A stretch of 64,000 nt of DNA, from the NCBI GenBank assembly GCA_951812955.1, contig OX638340.1:3072001-3136000 (forward strand), given 5' to 3'. This DNA is from an uncultured Gemmatimonadota bacterium (GTDB lineage: Bacteria; JAAXHH01). The notes under the pieces were generated by a model that searched no databases, was not told where the DNA came from, and was given only the letters and a program-made list of their open reading frames with translations. Below, piece after piece: positions 19,481-30,616 of the stretch; within the stretch, counting starts at the first letter, position 1; each line of letters opens with the position of its first letter. The position numbers and the translations under genes were made by a program.

Positions 19481-21328
19481 TCATCCACGGTCCGAAGCCC
19501 CCGGCTGATCGGCCTGCCTGAGTTCAAGCCTGGGTTCGACGAAAAGCGTTTTTTCGCGGGTAAACACAACCTGCCCGGGCGCGCCGTTTTTCATTTTCCT
19601 GACGTAACGGCGTTCCGTGTAGTCCACCGGCACGGTGGTGGACCCCCGGCCCTTGCTGAAGTAGGCCGTCAGGCAGGCCGCTTCGTACAGGGTCCTTTTA
19701 CTCGGCATCTGGGTCTTGTCCACCCTCCGCAGAATCACGTGGGAACCGCCGAGGTCCCGCGCATGGAGCCAGATGTCGTCCGGCGCCGCCGATTTTGTGA
19801 GCGCTTCGTTTTCCCGGCTGTTGCGGCCCACCAGCAGCAGGTGTCCGTTCGATGTCATGTACCTTCTCGGGTGTATGTCGCGTCCGGCCTGTTTGCGTGA
19901 ACGTTTCGTTGCGCCGGCCTTACGGGGCGCCTTGACGAGATCCAGTCTGATGCAGGCCCTGTGGGCATCCTCCAGCTTTTTTGCGTCCGCACCGCTATCC
20001 AGCTCCGCACGGATGCCCTCGACTACTTCCAGTCGTCTTCGAGCCTGGCCCAGGCGATGCGCCACCGCCTTCCGTCCGTCTCTGGCTTTCCGGGCCATGC
20101 GGAAATACCACCGGGCGTTTTCCGCCGGCGACAGCCCGGGCTTCAACGGTATGACAATTTCCTCCCGTTCATCGCTGAAATAGTCTTCGACCCGGGCTTC
20201 CGTCGACCCCGCTTTCAACCGGGCTATGTGAGACGTGATCAAGTCGCCGTACCTGCGGTATTCCTCTTCCCGCTCCACGTGATCCTGGTCGCGGGCAAGG
20301 TTCGCCGTCAAACGCTCCAGGCGCCGGATTTCATCCCGCAGGGCGCGTTGTACCGTCAGCAACCGTTGCTTCGAGGCTTCTTCCGCTTTCCGCTCTGCGT
20401 AGAAAGTTTCTACGGCGACGCTGATGGATTCGTAGTGCTCGACCTGCGCATCCGGAAGGGAGTGGACCGGGACCGCCGACAGCAACCGGACCCGGCCGTC
20501 ATGCGACCTGCCGAGACAGGGCGTCCAGTCCCTGGCCCGGACTCGGTCGACAAGTTCATGCAGGCTCTGCCAGACCCGGTCAGCGCGGCCGCCCGGGCCC
20601 CCGTCGGCAAAGCCTGCGGCATCCGACAGGCCGGCCCGGGCCAGCACTTCCATGGCCATATCCCTGGATAGTCCCGCGAACGTGGCGGACAAGTGACGCG
20701 CCAGGTCTACCGAAGTTTTCAGGTTGTCCATATCGTCCAGTAGTCTGCGCGTCGCATCCAAAAGCGGTGTTTTTTCCATCGGCGGAGGAAATAAGTAGGT
20801 CTCACCGGGTACCAGTGGCCTGTCGGCGCCCCGGATGCGCCTGAGGGTCTCTAGAATAACCCGGTCCGGCTCGGAAAGGAACACCATGATGCCCCGGTTC
20901 CCGATGAGTTCAGCGATCAGGCGATAGCGGCGGTGTTCCGGCGATGATCGTCCCTGGATGTGCAGGTCCACCACCCGTTCAAACGGCGCCACGACGATCT
21001 TTTCCAGTGTACCGGGAACGAGATGGTCGCGCAGCGCACCGAGCAGGGCGGAAGCAGCCTCGCTCTTCCGCGTTGAATCCGAAAGATGTGCCCGTGCGAA
21101 ACCCGGTTGCACGGAAAGGGAAAGCACCCGCCTGCCCGTGCTCGTCTTCAGGACGAGGCCGATTTCCATGGGCGCGTATTGGTCGATGGCCGCAATACGC
21201 GTCCCCTCCAGGAACCTGCACTCGTCTTTTACGGCCTGCAACGCCAGGGCATCCATGACTGGTTTATCCTGTTTCCCGTGCCGGGCAGATAGGAATTGGT
21301 AGACGTTCTTCGACGCCTGAATCATCAT
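19481..21328 (-). CDS. rqcH: RqcH / FbpA-like NFACT-family ribosome quality control protein
   Basis: 615 aa; coiled-coil middle, C-terminal NFACT-R/DUF814-like IWLHARDLGGSHVIL. Confidence 0.7.
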   Translation of the reverse strand: MMIQASKNVYQFLSARHGKQDKPVMDALALQAVKDECRFLEGTRIAAIDQYAPMEIGLVLKTSTGRRVLSLSVQPGFARAHLSDSTRKSEAASALLGALRDHLVPGTLEKIVVAPFERVVDLHIQGRSSPEHRRYRLIAELIGNRGIMVFLSEPDRVILETLRRIRGADRPLVPGETYLFPPPMEKTPLLDATRRLLDDMDNLKTSVDLARHLSATFAGLSRDMAMEVLARAGLSDAAGFADGGPGGRADRVWQSLHELVDRVRARDWTPCLGRSHDGRVRLLSAVPVHSLPDAQVEHYESISVAVETFYAERKAEEASKQRLLTVQRALRDEIRRLERLTANLARDQDHVEREEEYRRYGDLITSHIARLKAGSTEARVEDYFSDEREEIVIPLKPGLSPAENARWYFRMARKARDGRKAVAHRLGQARRRLEVVEGIRAELDSGADAKKLEDAHRACIRLDLVKAPRKAGATKRSRKQAGRDIHPRRYMTSNGHLLLVGRNSRENEALTKSAAPDDIWLHARDLGGSHVILRRVDKTQMPSKRTLYEAACLTAYFSKGRGSTTVPVDYTERRYVRKMKNGAPGQVVFTREKTLFVEPRLELRQADQPGASDRG

Positions 21329-21440
21329 GTTCCAGACTTTTTCTTAATATAAAGCGGCCGGTCGCTTCAAGCGTCATGATTCTACGATTCATCGTGTCCG
21401 GAAAGGTAAGGAACACTCCCGTGCAACCGTTAATATGTTA

Positions 21441-21469
21441 TTGACAAATCGCCGTTTAGCGTGTAGTTT
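21441..21469 (+). promoter_or_regulatory. Candidate promoter TTGACA-17-TAGTTT upstream of yicC
   Basis: perfect -35, weak -10, 45 nt before yicC ATG. Confidence 0.3.
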
Positions 21470-21514
21470 CATGTTTCTTGGAAACAGACCTAAATGGAGA
21501 TTCAGGGGCTTTAA

Positions 21515-22393
21515 ATGATATGCAGCATGACTGGATACGGCGCCGGAGAATCTGACCTTGCCGGCGTCCGGACCGTTGTCGAACTGCGTTCGGTTAACGG
21601 TCGATTCTGTGACATCGCGGTAAGGTTGCCCAAGTCTCTGGGTTCGCTGGAGGGCCGGGTGCGCGCATACGTGCAGGAGCACGTCATCCGGGGTAACGTC
21701 TCCGTATCCGTTCGATGCGACGACGGCGAAACGGGTGCGCAGGGGATCCGGATCGACGTGGAGGCGGGAAGAAAGTTCTGCGACGCATTGAGGAAGCTCA
21801 AGGATCAACTTGGCGTTGCAGGCGACGTCTCCCTCGAAATGGTCGCCGCGTATCCGGGCCTGATTACTCCGGAAATCGAGGAAGTCGACCCGGCCGAGCG
21901 GTGGACGGGGATCGAAGCCGCTCTGGCGAAGGCGCTCGCCGCATTCAAAGACATGAAGAGAAGCGAGGGGAAGACCCTCGAAACAGACCTGCGCAACAGA
22001 ATCGAAGCCATAATGGCCATACTGCGGTCGATCGAGTGCCGGGCGCCGGACCGGGTATCCGATTTCCGGGAACGCTTGAGCAGTCGGCTCGCGGGCCTGC
22101 TGGATGACAGCCAGATCGATCCGCAGCGGGTGGCCATGGAGATTACCCTGTTCGCGGAGCGCAGCGACGTGACCGAGGAATGTGTCCGCCTGAGTGCGCA
22201 CTGCGACGCTTTTCTGGAAGCGCTCGCGGCCGATCGGAGTCCTGGCAGGCGGCTCAACTTCCTCATCCAGGAAATGAATCGGGAGATCAACACCATCGGA
22301 TCGAAGGGCAACGATACGGAGATCAGCCATTCCGTCATCGAGGCCAAGGAAGAGCTCGAGAAGGTTCGTGAGCAGGTGCAGAACATTGAGTGA
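21515..22393 (+). CDS. yicC: YicC-family stress-induced protein
   Basis: 292 aa; MICSMTGYGAGE, LRSVNGRFCD match YicC N-terminus. Confidence 0.8.
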   Translation: MICSMTGYGAGESDLAGVRTVVELRSVNGRFCDIAVRLPKSLGSLEGRVRAYVQEHVIRGNVSVSVRCDDGETGAQGIRIDVEAGRKFCDALRKLKDQLGVAGDVSLEMVAAYPGLITPEIEEVDPAERWTGIEAALAKALAAFKDMKRSEGKTLETDLRNRIEAIMAILRSIECRAPDRVSDFRERLSSRLAGLLDDSQIDPQRVAMEITLFAERSDVTEECVRLSAHCDAFLEALAADRSPGRRLNFLIQEMNREINTIGSKGNDTEISHSVIEAKEELEKVREQVQNIE

Positions 22394-23009
22394 TTTCGGT
22401 ACGCCCGGCCGATCGGATTCCAAGGGGTTCTGCCTGGTCCTTTCCGCGCCGTCGGGCACGGGTAAAACCACCGTCGGCGAATTGCTCACCGCGGAAGATT
22501 CGACCATCGTCAGGTCCGTCTCCATGACGACCCGGAGCATGCGGCCGAACGAGCAAGACGGGGTGGATTACCGTTTTGTCAGCGCGGACGAATTCAAGGC
22601 GAAGATCAGGCAGGGCGCCTTTCTCGAATGGGCGGAAGTTTATGACGGCGTGCTTTACGGCACCCCCAGGGACACCGTCGAGCGGGTCATTCGATCCGGG
22701 GACGTGGCCCTGCTGGTCATCGACGTACAGGGCGGGCGGGCAGTCAAGGCCATATTCCCGGAAGCCGTACTCGTCTTTCTCATACCGCCTTCCATGGACT
22801 GCCTGTCAAGACGGTTGAAACAACGGGGCCTGGAAACCGACGATCAGATCCACAGGAGGCTGATCAAGGCGCGCACCGAAATGAAGTATCTGCCCGCATA
22901 TGACTACGGGGTTGAAAATGACGACGGAAAACAGCAGTTAACCGTCGACGCCATTCGAGGGATCATTACCGCCGAACGGCGTCGCATCAGCCGATGGGAG
23001 CCGCAATGA
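22368..23009 (+). CDS. gmk: Guanylate kinase
   Basis: CLVLSAPSGTGKTTV P-loop, SVSMTTRSMRPNEQDGVDYRFV; start uncertain (overlaps yicC by 26 nt). Confidence 0.85.
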   Translation: MSRCRTLSDFGTPGRSDSKGFCLVLSAPSGTGKTTVGELLTAEDSTIVRSVSMTTRSMRPNEQDGVDYRFVSADEFKAKIRQGAFLEWAEVYDGVLYGTPRDTVERVIRSGDVALLVIDVQGGRAVKAIFPEAVLVFLIPPSMDCLSRRLKQRGLETDDQIHRRLIKARTEMKYLPAYDYGVENDDGKQQLTVDAIRGIITAERRRISRWEPQ

Positions 23010-23248
23010 ATACCGAAAAGCCAACGCAATACATATCCCAGGAGCGCATGAGGGAAGTCGCCGAAAACATCTACGAAGCCGTCATGATCACGGCCCTCGA
23101 GGCGCGGAGAATCAACCTCCACAACAAGATGCTGGGGACGCAGGAAGACCGCGCCGAAAAAGTGACGACCATGGCGCTGGACCGGTTGCTCGGCGACGAG
23201 TTGCGCTATGATTACCAGCCGGCCGGGGACGACGAGGCCGCGGAGTAA
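23006..23248 (+). CDS. rpoZ: DNA-directed RNA polymerase subunit omega
   Basis: about 80 aa following gmk (classic gmk-rpoZ pair); ATGA overlap with gmk stop. Confidence 0.7.
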   Translation: MNTEKPTQYISQERMREVAENIYEAVMITALEARRINLHNKMLGTQEDRAEKVTTMALDRLLGDELRYDYQPAGDDEAAE

Positions 23249-23262
23249 AACAGGAGTTCCCG

Positions 23263-24480
23263 ATGTCCAGGTTGAAAGGGCGCCGGATCGTCCTCGGGGT
23301 GACGGGCAGCATTTCGGCCTACAAGGCGGCGGAAGTCGTTCGCGGACTCGTTCAGGAGCAAGTGGACGTCCGGGTGGTCATGACGCGTGAAGCGCTCGCC
23401 TTTGTCGGCGCCGTAACATTCAGCGCCCTCACCGCGCGTCCCGTGGCCATCGAGCAGTTTCCCGATACCGGGTCGTCCGGTGAAGAACACGTGGATCTCG
23501 CGGTCTGGGCCGATACGGTGGCCATAGTGCCCGCCACGGCCAATATCATCGGCAAGATGGCGAACGGCCTGGGCGACGACCTGCTCTCCACCGTGATGCT
23601 GGCCTGCGAAGCGCCCTGTTGCCTGGCGCCGGCCATGAACTTCCGCATGTGGAGAAACGAGGCTGTCCAGGCGAATCTGGAACGGCTCAGAAACCGGGGC
23701 GTTCACGTCGTCGAACCGGAATTCGGGGCACTGGCGAACGGGGAAATGGGGGAGGGAAGGCTCGCGGCGCCGGATCGTATCGTGGAAGCGGTCGCCATTC
23801 TTGCCGATCCCGATCAGGACCTGGCCGGATGCAACGTGCTGGTGAGCGCCGGCCCCACGGCGGAGGACATCGATCCCGTCCGGTGCGTCACAAACCGTTC
23901 CAGCGGGAAGATGGGTTTTGCCGTTGCCAGGTCCGCGGCGCGTCGCGGCGCGTCGGTCACGCTGGTATCGGGACCTACAAACCTCCAGGATCCATACGGG
24001 GTGAACGTCGAACACGTCCGGTCCGCCGGTGAGATGCGCGAAGCCGTCCTGAGAAACCGCGAAGGTCAGCATGCCGTCATCATGGCTGCGGCAGTGTCGG
24101 ATTACCGGCCCGGCGTCCCGGTCCGCCGGAAGATGAAGAAGACGGAGGAGCGTCTTACGCTGGAAATGACGCGGACCGCCGATATCCTCAAGGAAGTGGC
24201 CGCGGACCGGCCGCCCGTGCTGATCGGCTTTGCCGCGGAGACCCATGACGGCATGGATTACGCGCGGAGGAAACTGGCGGAGAAGAACCTGGACCTGGTG
24301 GTCTTCAACGACATAACCGCCGAGGGCGCGGGGTTCGGGACGGATACGAACATCGTCACCCTGATACGCCGCGACGGCCGCGAGGAATCCCTTCCCATGC
24401 AATCCAAGTCCGGCGTGGCGGACCGCATAATGGACGAAGTCGCCCGCCTGCTGAGAAACCGGGAAGTCGTTCCCGCATGA
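23263..24480 (+). CDS. coaBC: Bifunctional phosphopantothenoylcysteine decarboxylase / phosphopantothenate-cysteine ligase
   Basis: 405 aa; IVLGVTGSISAYKAAEVVRGL flavoprotein N-domain, C-terminal CoaB domain. Confidence 0.85.
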   Translation: MSRLKGRRIVLGVTGSISAYKAAEVVRGLVQEQVDVRVVMTREALAFVGAVTFSALTARPVAIEQFPDTGSSGEEHVDLAVWADTVAIVPATANIIGKMANGLGDDLLSTVMLACEAPCCLAPAMNFRMWRNEAVQANLERLRNRGVHVVEPEFGALANGEMGEGRLAAPDRIVEAVAILADPDQDLAGCNVLVSAGPTAEDIDPVRCVTNRSSGKMGFAVARSAARRGASVTLVSGPTNLQDPYGVNVEHVRSAGEMREAVLRNREGQHAVIMAAAVSDYRPGVPVRRKMKKTEERLTLEMTRTADILKEVAADRPPVLIGFAAETHDGMDYARRKLAEKNLDLVVFNDITAEGAGFGTDTNIVTLIRRDGREESLPMQSKSGVADRIMDEVARLLRNREVVPA

Positions 24481-25220
24481 ACCGACAAGCGTCGCTGGCC
24501 GACCTTATACGCGAGACCGTCGAGGCCGTGCAGCAGGAAGCGGAGCAGGGGCTTGAAACGCACTTCCTGCCGGAGGGCCTGGACAAGGTCCTTCCGCTGC
24601 CGGAACGGCGGCGGAAGCCCGAACGGGCCGCCCAGTCGGATCGTGCCACTTCCCTCGAAGCGCTGTATGAGAGGTACCATCTCTGCACGGCGTGCGCACT
24701 CGGTCACCAGCGAAAACATTTCGTATTCGGTTCCGGCAACGAAAACGCCGACGTGATGTTCGTGGGCGAAGCGCCCGGAGCCCATGAAGACGAGCAGGGC
24801 CAGCCCTTCGTAGGGGCGGCGGGCAAACTGCTGACCCGCATATTGAACGCCATCGATTTCACCCGGGACGAGGTCTACATCACCAACATCCTGAAATGCC
24901 GGCCGCCGAACAACCGGGACCCTCGGCCCGAAGAGATCGACGCCTGCGACGCCATCCTTAAAGAGCAGATACGCCTCGTTCAGCCCCGGCTGATCTGCGC
25001 CCTCGGTCGAGTCGCCGCCCAGGCACTGCTCAAGCGGAACAGTTCGATCCGAACCCTGCGAGGCAGGTTTCACGACTGTCACGGCGTGAAACTGCTGGTT
25101 ACGTACCATCCCTCCGGCCTGTTGCACAATCCGGCGTACAAACGGCCGACGTGGGAAGATGTACAGATGTTGCGGAAGGAATATGACCGCATCGTGCAAT
25201 CTGACGCGAAGGCGACCTAG
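24477..25220 (+). CDS. Uracil-DNA glycosylase, family 4
   Basis: [51 protein letters not shown]; ATGA overlap with coaBC. Confidence 0.85.
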   Translation: MNRQASLADLIRETVEAVQQEAEQGLETHFLPEGLDKVLPLPERRRKPERAAQSDRATSLEALYERYHLCTACALGHQRKHFVFGSGNENADVMFVGEAPGAHEDEQGQPFVGAAGKLLTRILNAIDFTRDEVYITNILKCRPPNNRDPRPEEIDACDAILKEQIRLVQPRLICALGRVAAQALLKRNSSIRTLRGRFHDCHGVKLLVTYHPSGLLHNPAYKRPTWEDVQMLRKEYDRIVQSDAKAT

Positions 25221-25232
25221 GAGCGCGAATCC

Positions 25233-26594
<1,362 letters not shown>

Positions 26595-26628
26595 CCGTTT
26601 CCCCCGGATTACGCATGCTTACCCGCTC

Positions 26629-27375
26629 ATGATCGAAATCATCCATTTGAGTAAAGCCTTCGGAAAACCGGTGCTTAAAGACGTAAACCTGACCATCGAA
26701 TCGGGAGAGACCATGGTCATCATCGGCCGGAGCGGATGCGGCAAGAGCGTGCTGCTCAAGCACATAACGGGATTATTGCATCCGGATGGCGGCACCCTCC
26801 TGGTGGACGGAAGGGACGTTACCCGGTTGTACAGGCACGAGCTGGACGAAGTCAGGAAACGGTTCGGTTTCCTGTTCCAGGGCGGCGCCCTGTTCGATTC
26901 GATGACCGTGGGGGAGAATGTGGGGATCGCCCTGAAGGTTCACACCGACCGAACCGAAACGGAGATCGGCGAACGGGTGCGGACCTGTCTCCAGCTGGTC
27001 GGACTGTCCGACGTGGAGGACCAGAAACCCGCTGAACTTTCGGGCGGCATGCGTAAAAGAGTGGGACTCGCCCGGGCGATCGCCATGAATCCGGAGTACA
27101 TCCTGTACGACGAGCCCACCACGGGCCTGGATCCGATCATGGCGGACATCATCAACGACCTGATCCTTGACATGAACCGGCGGCTGTCGGTGACTGCGAT
27201 CGCGGTGACCCACGACATGATCAGCGCGTACAAGGTCGCGGACCGCATCGCCATGTTGCATGACGGGGTGATACACGTGGTGGGCACTCCGGATGAGATC
27301 AGGAACAGCGACGACCCGCTGGTTCAGCAGTTTATCATGGGCCGCGGCGAGGGCCCAATCAAATCTCTGGAATAA
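26629..27375 (+). CDS. ABC transporter ATP-binding protein (MlaF-like)
   Basis: start MIEIIHLSKAFG; Walker A GRSGCGKS, signature LSGGMRKRV, Walker B ILYDEPTTGLD. Confidence 0.8.
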   Translation: MIEIIHLSKAFGKPVLKDVNLTIESGETMVIIGRSGCGKSVLLKHITGLLHPDGGTLLVDGRDVTRLYRHELDEVRKRFGFLFQGGALFDSMTVGENVGIALKVHTDRTETEIGERVRTCLQLVGLSDVEDQKPAELSGGMRKRVGLARAIAMNPEYILYDEPTTGLDPIMADIINDLILDMNRRLSVTAIAVTHDMISAYKVADRIAMLHDGVIHVVGTPDEIRNSDDPLVQQFIMGRGEGPIKSLE

Positions 27376-27414
27376 TCATGGATTGCTCCACAGGAGGATT
27401 ACGGGTCTCCCGGT

Positions 27415-28572
27415 ATGGCGTCGCTGGAATTTAACCTGCTCGCCCTGGACCCGGCTTCGAACGCGCGGGCCGGCCGCATGAAGACCGCCCACGGCGATAT
27501 CCGCACGCCGGTGTTCATGCCCGTGGGAACCCAGGCGACGGTGAAGACGCTTACGCCGGAGGAACTCGAAGCCGCCGGCGCGCAGATCATCCTGGGCAAC
27601 ACATACCACCTGTTTCTCCGGCCGGGGCATGCGTTGATCCGGAAAATGGGCGGGTTGCATGGCTTCATGAACTGGCGGCGCCCCCTGTTGACGGACAGCG
27701 GAGGCTACCAGGTCTTCAGCCTGTCCGATCTCAAGTCGATCGGAGAAGAAGGGGTGACGTTCCAGTCCCACATCGACGGCACGCGGCACTTATTCACGCC
27801 GGAGCTCGTCATGGATGTGGAGACCGCACTCGGCGCCGATATCATCGCGCCGCTCGACGAGTGTCCGCCCTATCCCTGCGATTACCGGTACGCGAAGGAT
27901 TCCGCCGCCCTGACGGTACGATGGGCGGCCCGTTCCCGGAAGCGTTTCGATGAACTGGAGGGAGAGAGAGCCCATGCACAGGCGCTGTTCGGCATCGTGC
28001 AGGGCAGCGTGTACGTGGATCTCCGGGTCGATTGCGCGCGATCGCTGGTCGACCAGGAATTCGACGCCTACGCCATCGGCGGCATGTCGATCGGTGAGCC
28101 GAAGTCGACCATGGGGGAACTGATCGACGCCACGGTAGAACACCTGCCGGAAGACCGGCCCCGTTATCTGATGGGCGCAGGGACGCCGGATGATTTGGTC
28201 GACGCGGTGGGACGGGGGATCGACATGTTCGACTGTGTGATTCCCACCCGCGAAGGACGAAACGGCGCGCTCTATACCCGCCGCGGCCGCATCAATATCT
28301 ACAATGCCCGTTTCCGGGATGATGCCGGACCGATCGACCCATCCTGTTCCTGCTACGCCTGCCGGACTTTCAGCAGATCGTACATCCGGCACCTGTACCG
28401 CGCTGGTGAAATCCTGGGTCCGAGAATGGGGACCCTGCACAACATCCACTTCTACGTCGGCCTGGCCTCCGAAATGGGAGAGGCCGTTCTGGAAGGGCGT
28501 TTCGGCGCGTGGCGAAGTTCGTTTTTAACCGCGTACCACAGTGAAAAAGAAAGAAAGGAGCGTGCTCAGTGA
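27415..28572 (+). CDS. tgt: Queuine tRNA-ribosyltransferase
   Basis: 385 aa; RTPVFMPVGT, zinc site CSCYAC..H. Confidence 0.9.
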   Translation: MASLEFNLLALDPASNARAGRMKTAHGDIRTPVFMPVGTQATVKTLTPEELEAAGAQIILGNTYHLFLRPGHALIRKMGGLHGFMNWRRPLLTDSGGYQVFSLSDLKSIGEEGVTFQSHIDGTRHLFTPELVMDVETALGADIIAPLDECPPYPCDYRYAKDSAALTVRWAARSRKRFDELEGERAHAQALFGIVQGSVYVDLRVDCARSLVDQEFDAYAIGGMSIGEPKSTMGELIDATVEHLPEDRPRYLMGAGTPDDLVDAVGRGIDMFDCVIPTREGRNGALYTRRGRINIYNARFRDDAGPIDPSCSCYACRTFSRSYIRHLYRAGEILGPRMGTLHNIHFYVGLASEMGEAVLEGRFGAWRSSFLTAYHSEKERKERAQ

Positions 28573-28907
28573 TACAAGATGCCTTTGCCATGGGTCCCGG
28601 CGGCGGTGGAGGAGATGCCTCAGGACCGGGGTTCCTGATCTCCATGATCCCGATCCTGTTGATGTTCGCCATCATCTACCTGTTGCTGATCCGGCCGCAG
28701 CAGAAGAGACAGCGGGAACAGCAGGCCATGCTGGACAGTCTGCAGAACGGGGACAAGGTGGTGACGCAGGGCGGGATCATCGGTGTCATAACCGGACTCA
28801 AATCGGACGTGGTTACAGTGCGCATCGCCGATGACGTCCGGGTCGATCTGCAGCGCAGCGCGATTTCCCGCCTGATCAGCAGCAAGAAGGGCAACAAAGA
28901 AGAATAG
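28569..28907 (+). CDS. yajC: Preprotein translocase subunit YajC
   Basis: GTG start overlapping tgt stop (GTGA); single TM MIPILLMFAIIYLLLIRPQQKRQ then GDKVVTQGGIIG. Confidence 0.8.
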   Translation: MIQDAFAMGPGGGGGDASGPGFLISMIPILLMFAIIYLLLIRPQQKRQREQQAMLDSLQNGDKVVTQGGIIGVITGLKSDVVTVRIADDVRVDLQRSAISRLISSKKGNKEE

Positions 28908-28916
28908 GCGGCGGCC

Positions 28917-29471
28917 ATGGCGGTCAGATCCATACGCATATACGGCGATCCGATCCTGCGGGAGAAAGCGCGGCCTGTGGAGGAAACGACCGCGGCGCTG
29001 CGCCGCCTCGCGGAGGACATGATCGACACCATGATCGAGGCGGAGGGTATCGGTCTCGCCGCTCCGCAAGTCGGTGAGACCGTTCGCCTGTACGTGGTCA
29101 ACCTCGGGGCGATCAGTCCGGAACTCTTCCAGGACCGCAGGGGGCCGTCTCTGGATGGAGATCCGGCCCACCTGGCGCTGGTGAATCCGCGTGTCGTCAA
29201 GCAGGAGGGCGCGCAGACGGGCGACGAGGGATGCCTGAGTTTTCCGGACCTGTTCGAAAAGGTGACCCGGCCCGAGGTCGTGCGCGTCGAGGCGACCGAC
29301 CTGGACGGACGGCCCCTGGAGATCGAGGGCAGCGGGCTGCTGGCACGGGTCCTGATCCACGAATTGGACCACCTGGAAGGCACGCTTTTCATCGATTACC
29401 TCAGCAAGTTCCGGCTTCAGTTCCTCCGTACCCGGTTGAAGAAACTCAAGGCGAGCAGCCAGGCGGGCTGA
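28917..29471 (+). CDS. def: Peptide deformylase
   Basis: GIGLAAPQVG, EGCLSFP, HELDHLEG motifs. Confidence 0.9.
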   Translation: MAVRSIRIYGDPILREKARPVEETTAALRRLAEDMIDTMIEAEGIGLAAPQVGETVRLYVVNLGAISPELFQDRRGPSLDGDPAHLALVNPRVVKQEGAQTGDEGCLSFPDLFEKVTRPEVVRVEATDLDGRPLEIEGSGLLARVLIHELDHLEGTLFIDYLSKFRLQFLRTRLKKLKASSQAG

Positions 29472-29472
29472 T

Positions 29473-30429
29473 ATGCGCGTGGTCTACATGGGGACGCCCG
29501 AATTCGCCGTGCCGAGCCTGGAAGCGCTGATCGGGCGTACGGAACACGACGTGGCCGGGATCGTCACCGGACCCGACCGGCCACGAGGCCGCGGGTTGAA
29601 GACCGGTTCTTCCCCGGTGAAGGAAGCGGCCCTGCGACACGGTATTCCCCTCTGGCAGCCGGAAAAGCTGCGCGACCCGTGTTTCCTGAACGCCCTCCGG
29701 GCCCTGAAGGCCGATCTGTTCGTGGTCGTGGCCTTTCGCATCCTGCCGGCCGCACTGCTGGAGATACCCCCGGGAGGCGCGGTCAACCTGCATCCTTCCC
29801 TCCTTCCCAGGCACCGCGGCGCGGCGCCTATACAGTGGGCGGTGATGAGTGGCGACGAGGTTACAGGCGTTACCACCTTCCTGATCGAAAAGCGGGTGGA
29901 CGCGGGGGACATCCTCTGCCAGGAGACCGTGCCGATCGGCCCGGAAGAAACCGCCGGCGAGCTACACGACCGCCTGTCCCGTATAGGCGCCGACCTGCTG
30001 CTGCGTACGGTGGACCTGGTGGGGGCCGGCGGCATCCGGCCGCGGCCGCAGAAGGGCGAAGCATCGCCTGCGCCCAGGATATCCCGGGAGGACGGCCGTA
30101 TAGACTGGCGGCTTCCGGCCCGGGACATACACAACCGGGTGCGGGGGCTGAATCCGTTTCCCATGGCCTTCACCACCTGGCGCGGGAAGTTCCTCCGGAT
30201 CCTGACCAGCCGGACCGTGTCCCTGGAAGGAACAGGCGGACTGGAGCCGGGAAGGATCGTCTACGCCGACGAACGCAGGGGTATTGTGGTTCAGACTGGA
30301 GAAGGCGGGTTGAGGCTGGACAGGGTACAACCCGAAGGTCGCGGCCGGATCGAGGGGGTGGAATTCGTGCGGGGATACCTGCCCGCGGCGGGTGACCAGT
30401 TCGGCGCGTGCGATCCGCGGCCGGGTTGA
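29473..30429 (+). CDS. fmt: Methionyl-tRNA formyltransferase
   Basis: 318 aa; MRVVYMGTPEFAVPSLEAL, SLLPRHRGAAPIQWAV. Confidence 0.9.
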   Translation: MRVVYMGTPEFAVPSLEALIGRTEHDVAGIVTGPDRPRGRGLKTGSSPVKEAALRHGIPLWQPEKLRDPCFLNALRALKADLFVVVAFRILPAALLEIPPGGAVNLHPSLLPRHRGAAPIQWAVMSGDEVTGVTTFLIEKRVDAGDILCQETVPIGPEETAGELHDRLSRIGADLLLRTVDLVGAGGIRPRPQKGEASPAPRISREDGRIDWRLPARDIHNRVRGLNPFPMAFTTWRGKFLRILTSRTVSLEGTGGLEPGRIVYADERRGIVVQTGEGGLRLDRVQPEGRGRIEGVEFVRGYLPAAGDQFGACDPRPG

Positions 30430-30513
30430 CGGAGGTTCCGCCTGGCGCACGATCCGTGGCGGGTGACCTGTTCGGCGGACGCGATCCGCGGTCGGGTTGA
30501 CGGAGATTCCGCC
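30388..30513. repeat. Tandem duplication (about 55 bp x2, period about 71 bp) of the fmt 3' terminal codons plus stop
   Basis: copy 1 30388-30442 (...AGDQFGACDPRPG*), copy 2 30459-30513 would read AGDLFGGRDPRSG*. Confidence 0.7.
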
Positions 30514-30616
30514 GGGCGAAGGGCCGCCTGTCGCGCCGATGAACTAAAAGGAAGCCGCTCCCCGGAGATTGCCCGCCGGTACACGCGGCCGGAAAGCGCT
30601 GCGCGGAACCGTGACC